This document shows, piece after piece, positions 60,993-64,000 of a stretch of DNA of 64,000 nt. A program made the translations under genes and the position numbers. The notes under the pieces were generated by a model. The model did no database searches, was not told the origin of the DNA, and worked only from the letters and a program-made list of their open reading frames with translations. How positions within the stretch are numbered: the first letter of the stretch is position 1; every line of letters starts with the position of its first letter. This DNA is from an uncultured delta proteobacterium (GTDB lineage Bacteria > Desulfobacterota > Desulfuromonadia > Geobacterales > DSM-12255): the NCBI GenBank assembly GCA_963787125.1, contig CAWBBV010000011.1:64001-128000 (forward strand), written 5' to 3'.

Positions 60993-61819
60993 AATCACCC
61001 GGGTCAGAAATCAGTGAGTCTGTTGCAGCTTGCGACATGGGCGGCGTCGGTGCCTGGCTGAAAAAAGTCAGGGCTGAAAGAGGCGAAACCCTTGACGATG
61101 TTTCAAAAGTAACCAGAATTGGAAGAACCTATCTTGAAGCCATAGAAGAAGGTGCTGCCGAAAAACTTCCGAGCCAGGCCTACACAAGAGGCTTCATCCG
61201 GCTGTATGCAGCACATCTCGGACTCCCCCCTGAAGAAGCGGTTGCCATGATCAACGGTACCCGGGCCGAACCTGCAGTTATCAATGCTGCGCCCCTGCTC
61301 CAGTCCCAGATTGAAAGAAACCCTCCCCTTCCATATCGACGTGGATTGATATTCAGCACCCTCCTGGCGCTCGTACTGGTTGCTGGCTATCTGCTCTTTA
61401 AGCCGACAAATAGCCAGACTCCAAAACAGCTAAACCGGCTTGAGCCTGCACCGGTAAATCAACCAGAAAAAACAGCAGCCGTAATTCCGGAGCAGTCGAC
61501 CCTGAAGAACGATCCTGTGCCGGCAGCCAACTCTGAGCCGCGGACCGGTGAAAATGCTCATAGCGAAGCGCTCGTTCTGCGCCTGAAGGCGATTAGCGAA
61601 GTAAAAATTCACATCATAATAGATGGCTCTGCTTCACAGGAATATGATCTGGTTGCCGGCGATCTGGTCGAATGGAAAGCAGAAAGCACCATCGCACTCG
61701 ATCTCGACAATGCAGCTTCAGTTGAAGGAGAACTGGACGGCAAGCCACTTAAACCTTTCGGTGCCCCTGGAAAAGCCGCCCACCTTGTACTGAAGACAGA
61801 CGGAACCCACCAGGAATAA
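60989..61819 (+). CDS. RodZ-like HTH protein (HTH-TM-DUF4115)
   Basis: LEAIEEG...LP...Y.RGFIR.YA..LGL, single TM, beta-rich C-terminus. Confidence 0.85.
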   Translation: MKSPGSEISESVAACDMGGVGAWLKKVRAERGETLDDVSKVTRIGRTYLEAIEEGAAEKLPSQAYTRGFIRLYAAHLGLPPEEAVAMINGTRAEPAVINAAPLLQSQIERNPPLPYRRGLIFSTLLALVLVAGYLLFKPTNSQTPKQLNRLEPAPVNQPEKTAAVIPEQSTLKNDPVPAANSEPRTGENAHSEALVLRLKAISEVKIHIIIDGSASQEYDLVAGDLVEWKAESTIALDLDNAASVEGELDGKPLKPFGAPGKAAHLVLKTDGTHQE

Positions 61820-61938
61820 CTTTAGCAAGTGCGCCACTCACCTATTTTCTGTAGATGGAATTTATCCATGTATCAATAATTGCCAGCCTGATCCGGACCG
61901 CAGTAAAACCAAGATAAAAATTTCAAACTCACGCTTAC

Positions 61939-61966
61939 TTGACAGCTTAAAACTCCATGATAAAGT
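61939..61966 (+). promoter_or_regulatory. Sigma70 promoter candidate
   Basis: TTGACA-16 nt-TAAAGT with an extended TG. Confidence 0.5.
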
Positions 61967-61986
61967 CTTTACACCTATAAACAATC

Positions 61987-62397
61987 ATGGAGTTTAGCTT
62001 GGATACAGATGCCAAACGAATACTGCTCGTAGATGATGAGGAAAACGCCAGAGTGGCCCTCTCAAGGCTTTTGTCGCGAGAAGGTTATATCGTTGATACG
62101 GTAGCCAACGGCTATGAAGCACTTGATCATCTCCGCGAGCATGAGGTACACCTGATTGTTACCGACATAAATATGCCGGAAATGGACGGGATTGAGTTTC
62201 TTCGGGAAGTGAACCGCTCATTCCCTGGCAGTAATGTAATAATGATAACAGCTTATGGTGGCGTGGAGTCGTACATAGAGGCAATCAACCTTGGAGCTTT
62301 TGAATACATCAATAAACCGGTAAAAATTGAAGAGTTAAAGTCTATTATGGACAAGATTTTTTCCCCTCAACAAAGCCAGAAGATGGAGGAAGTATGA
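61987..62397 (+). CDS. Single-domain response regulator
   Basis: ILLVDDE, D..MP.MDG, TAYG, KP. Confidence 0.93.
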   Translation: MEFSLDTDAKRILLVDDEENARVALSRLLSREGYIVDTVANGYEALDHLREHEVHLIVTDINMPEMDGIEFLREVNRSFPGSNVIMITAYGGVESYIEAINLGAFEYINKPVKIEELKSIMDKIFSPQQSQKMEEV

Positions 62398-62837
62398 AAC
62401 AGTTCGCTACTATTCTTTTTGCAAACGATTTTTCTGAGGGCTCCGACCATGCTTTTGATTATGCCCTGTCACTGGCAAAGCAGTTCTCAGCAAAACTGCT
62501 GATTGTTCATATCATAAACGAGCCGGTTGATCTTCGTGGCTTTTATGTTCCGCACATCTCTTTTGAAAATCTGGAAAAAGAGATTGCCGACGGAGCGGAA
62601 AAAATGATGACTCGTTTTTGCAACGAGAATCTGGAGGAGTTCAAAAATTTTGAGCACTATACCATCACCGGGATTCCATATGAAGAGATTGTGAGAAAAG
62701 CGGTAGAGGGCGGCGCAGACCTGATAGTCATGGGAACTCACGGCAGAAAAGGGGTTGATCACCTTCTCTTTGGCAGCACCGCAGAGCGGGTGGTCAGAAA
62801 CTCCCCCTGCCCTGTCATGACGGTACGGCTCCCCTGA
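62394..62837 (+). CDS. Universal stress protein
   Basis: DFS..S..A, DLIVMGTHGR.G..H..FGSTAERVVR.SPCPV. Confidence 0.93.
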   Translation: MKQFATILFANDFSEGSDHAFDYALSLAKQFSAKLLIVHIINEPVDLRGFYVPHISFENLEKEIADGAEKMMTRFCNENLEEFKNFEHYTITGIPYEEIVRKAVEGGADLIVMGTHGRKGVDHLLFGSTAERVVRNSPCPVMTVRLP

Positions 62838-62909
62838 AAATCACTTTCATATTAATAACTACCCCATGGAGAGCAGCAGATTATCTGCTGCTCGTTTTTA
62901 TTGGTGCCC

Positions 62910-64000
62910 ATGAAAAACCGGATTAATAGAAATGAAGTTACAATCCTCGCCATAGACGATGAAGAGAGCATTCTCAATCTGGTCGGGATCATCCTCTCCA
63001 ATCGAGGCTACACAGTCGTCAAGGCAAGCGACGCATTCAAGGGACTGGAACTTGTTGCCAGCCTGAATCCGACTCTGGTTATCCTTGACTACATGATGCC
63101 TGGAATGGACGGACTGGAACTCCTTAAGCTGATAAAAAGCAGTTTTCCCGACACCTACGTCATTATGTTCACTGGCAAGGGGAGTGAAGAAATTGCCGTT
63201 GAGCTTATGAAGGCTGGCGCTTCAGATTATATCCTCAAGCCTTTCAACAATCAGAATCTCATTGAAAGAATTGAGAACGTCCTTAAAATCAGGACGGTTG
63301 AGATTGAAAACCGCGCGTTGGTGTCAGAGCGTGAACAACTTCTCTGTGAAATAAAAGCCTGGAACGAAGAACTAGAGCTTCGAATCAGAAAAGAATCGGA
63401 AGCGCTGCAGAAAGCACATGCTGAAGTTGTGCAATCTCAGAAACTGGCGACTCTCGGCTACCTTGCTGCCGGCATGTCCCATGAGATCCGCAATCCACTG
63501 AATTCAATATCTCTCTTTGTGCAACTTATAAAAGAAGGGGTTGATGAAATAGACAAGCTCGAATATGTCGACAAGATTCTCAAAGAGGTTGATAGAGTCG
63601 ATGCAACCCTGCGAAAACTGCTCGACACAGCCAAAAGACCTCGATATGAACTGACTGAAGTCGATATCGAGGAAATTATTGAGAAAACCTTTGACAACTT
63701 CACCCCGCAAATAACCGCACAGAAGATCGTCCTGAACTTCTCCTCAGAGAAAAAATTACCCCTGCTTAAGGCCGATCCAGGCGAACTACAGCAGATTTTC
63801 ACTAATCTTTTCCTGAATGCGATTGATGAAATGCCAGATGGCGGCAGCCTCGGCATTGATCTTGATCATGACAACCGGGACATTGTTATTCTTGTCAGCG
63901 ACAGCGGCAAGGGTATCCCGAAAGAGAATCTCCCTAACATTTTCGACCCGTTTTTCAGCACAAAAAACAGAGGAACGGGCATGGGACTTTCGGTTGTGCT
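62910..64000 (+). CDS. Receiver-domain sensor histidine kinase (runs off the window)
   Basis: Manually translated: ILAIDDEE receiver, H-box GMSHEIRNPLNSI, NLFLNA, DSGKGI, FDPFFSTK..GTGMGL. Confidence 0.92.
   Translation, partial: MKNRINRNEVTILAIDDEESILNLVGIILSNRGYTVVKASDAFKGLELVASLNPTLVILDYMMPGMDGLELLKLIKSSFPDTYVIMFTGKGSEEIAVELMKAGASDYILKPFNNQNLIERIENVLKIRTVEIENRALVSEREQLLCEIKAWNEELELRIRKESEALQKAHAEVVQSQKLATLGYLAAGMSHEIRNPLNSISLFVQLIKEGVDEIDKLEYVDKILKEVDRVDATLRKLLDTAKRPRYELTEVDIEEIIEKTFDNFTPQITAQKIVLNFSSEKKLPLLKADPGELQQIFTNLFLNAIDEMPDGGSLGIDLDHDNRDIVILVSDSGKGIPKENLPNIFDPFFSTKNRGTGMGLSVV

Overview
A 64-kb chromosomal window from a GC-rich Gram-negative bacterium. Gene content and a GEMM-I riboswitch suggest Geobacteraceae/Desulfuromonadia (inference). 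The backbone is a trp operon (trpE partial, trpG, trpD, trpC, trpB2, trpF, trpB, trpA), then accD, folC, lptD, rfbD, pyc, a PPIase, ferritin, a sigma54 regulator, mtnP, rlmN, TPR/RodZ-like genes and a two-component cluster. Three accessory blocks interrupt it. (1) Between trpE and trpG lies a patchwork of intact and decayed toxin-antitoxin and defence genes. (2) Between trpB and trpA lies a ~20-kb insert: a GEMM-I riboswitch (A20 variant, probably 3',3'-cGAMP-sensing) followed by a five-gene DUF11/OmpA operon and a lytic transglycosylase. (3) Between rfbD and pyc lies an S55 peptidase / DUF1566 / beta-propeller / ABC block. The standout is the DUF11 operon. Its proteins show a split-domain pattern: two start with an orphan Asn-bearing beta-hairpin, and three end with a DUF11 domain that lacks exactly that hairpin. 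This suggests a self-polymerising surface fibre held together by donor strands and probably isopeptide bonds, with a base barrel, shaft, tip adhesin and a catalytically dead chaperone. Other notable items are a lipoprotein gene frameshifted at a G10 tract, a 78-bp repeat inserted in frame in a gene, and CACGGAT-array palindromes. All calls come from reading the sequence by eye; no searches were run.
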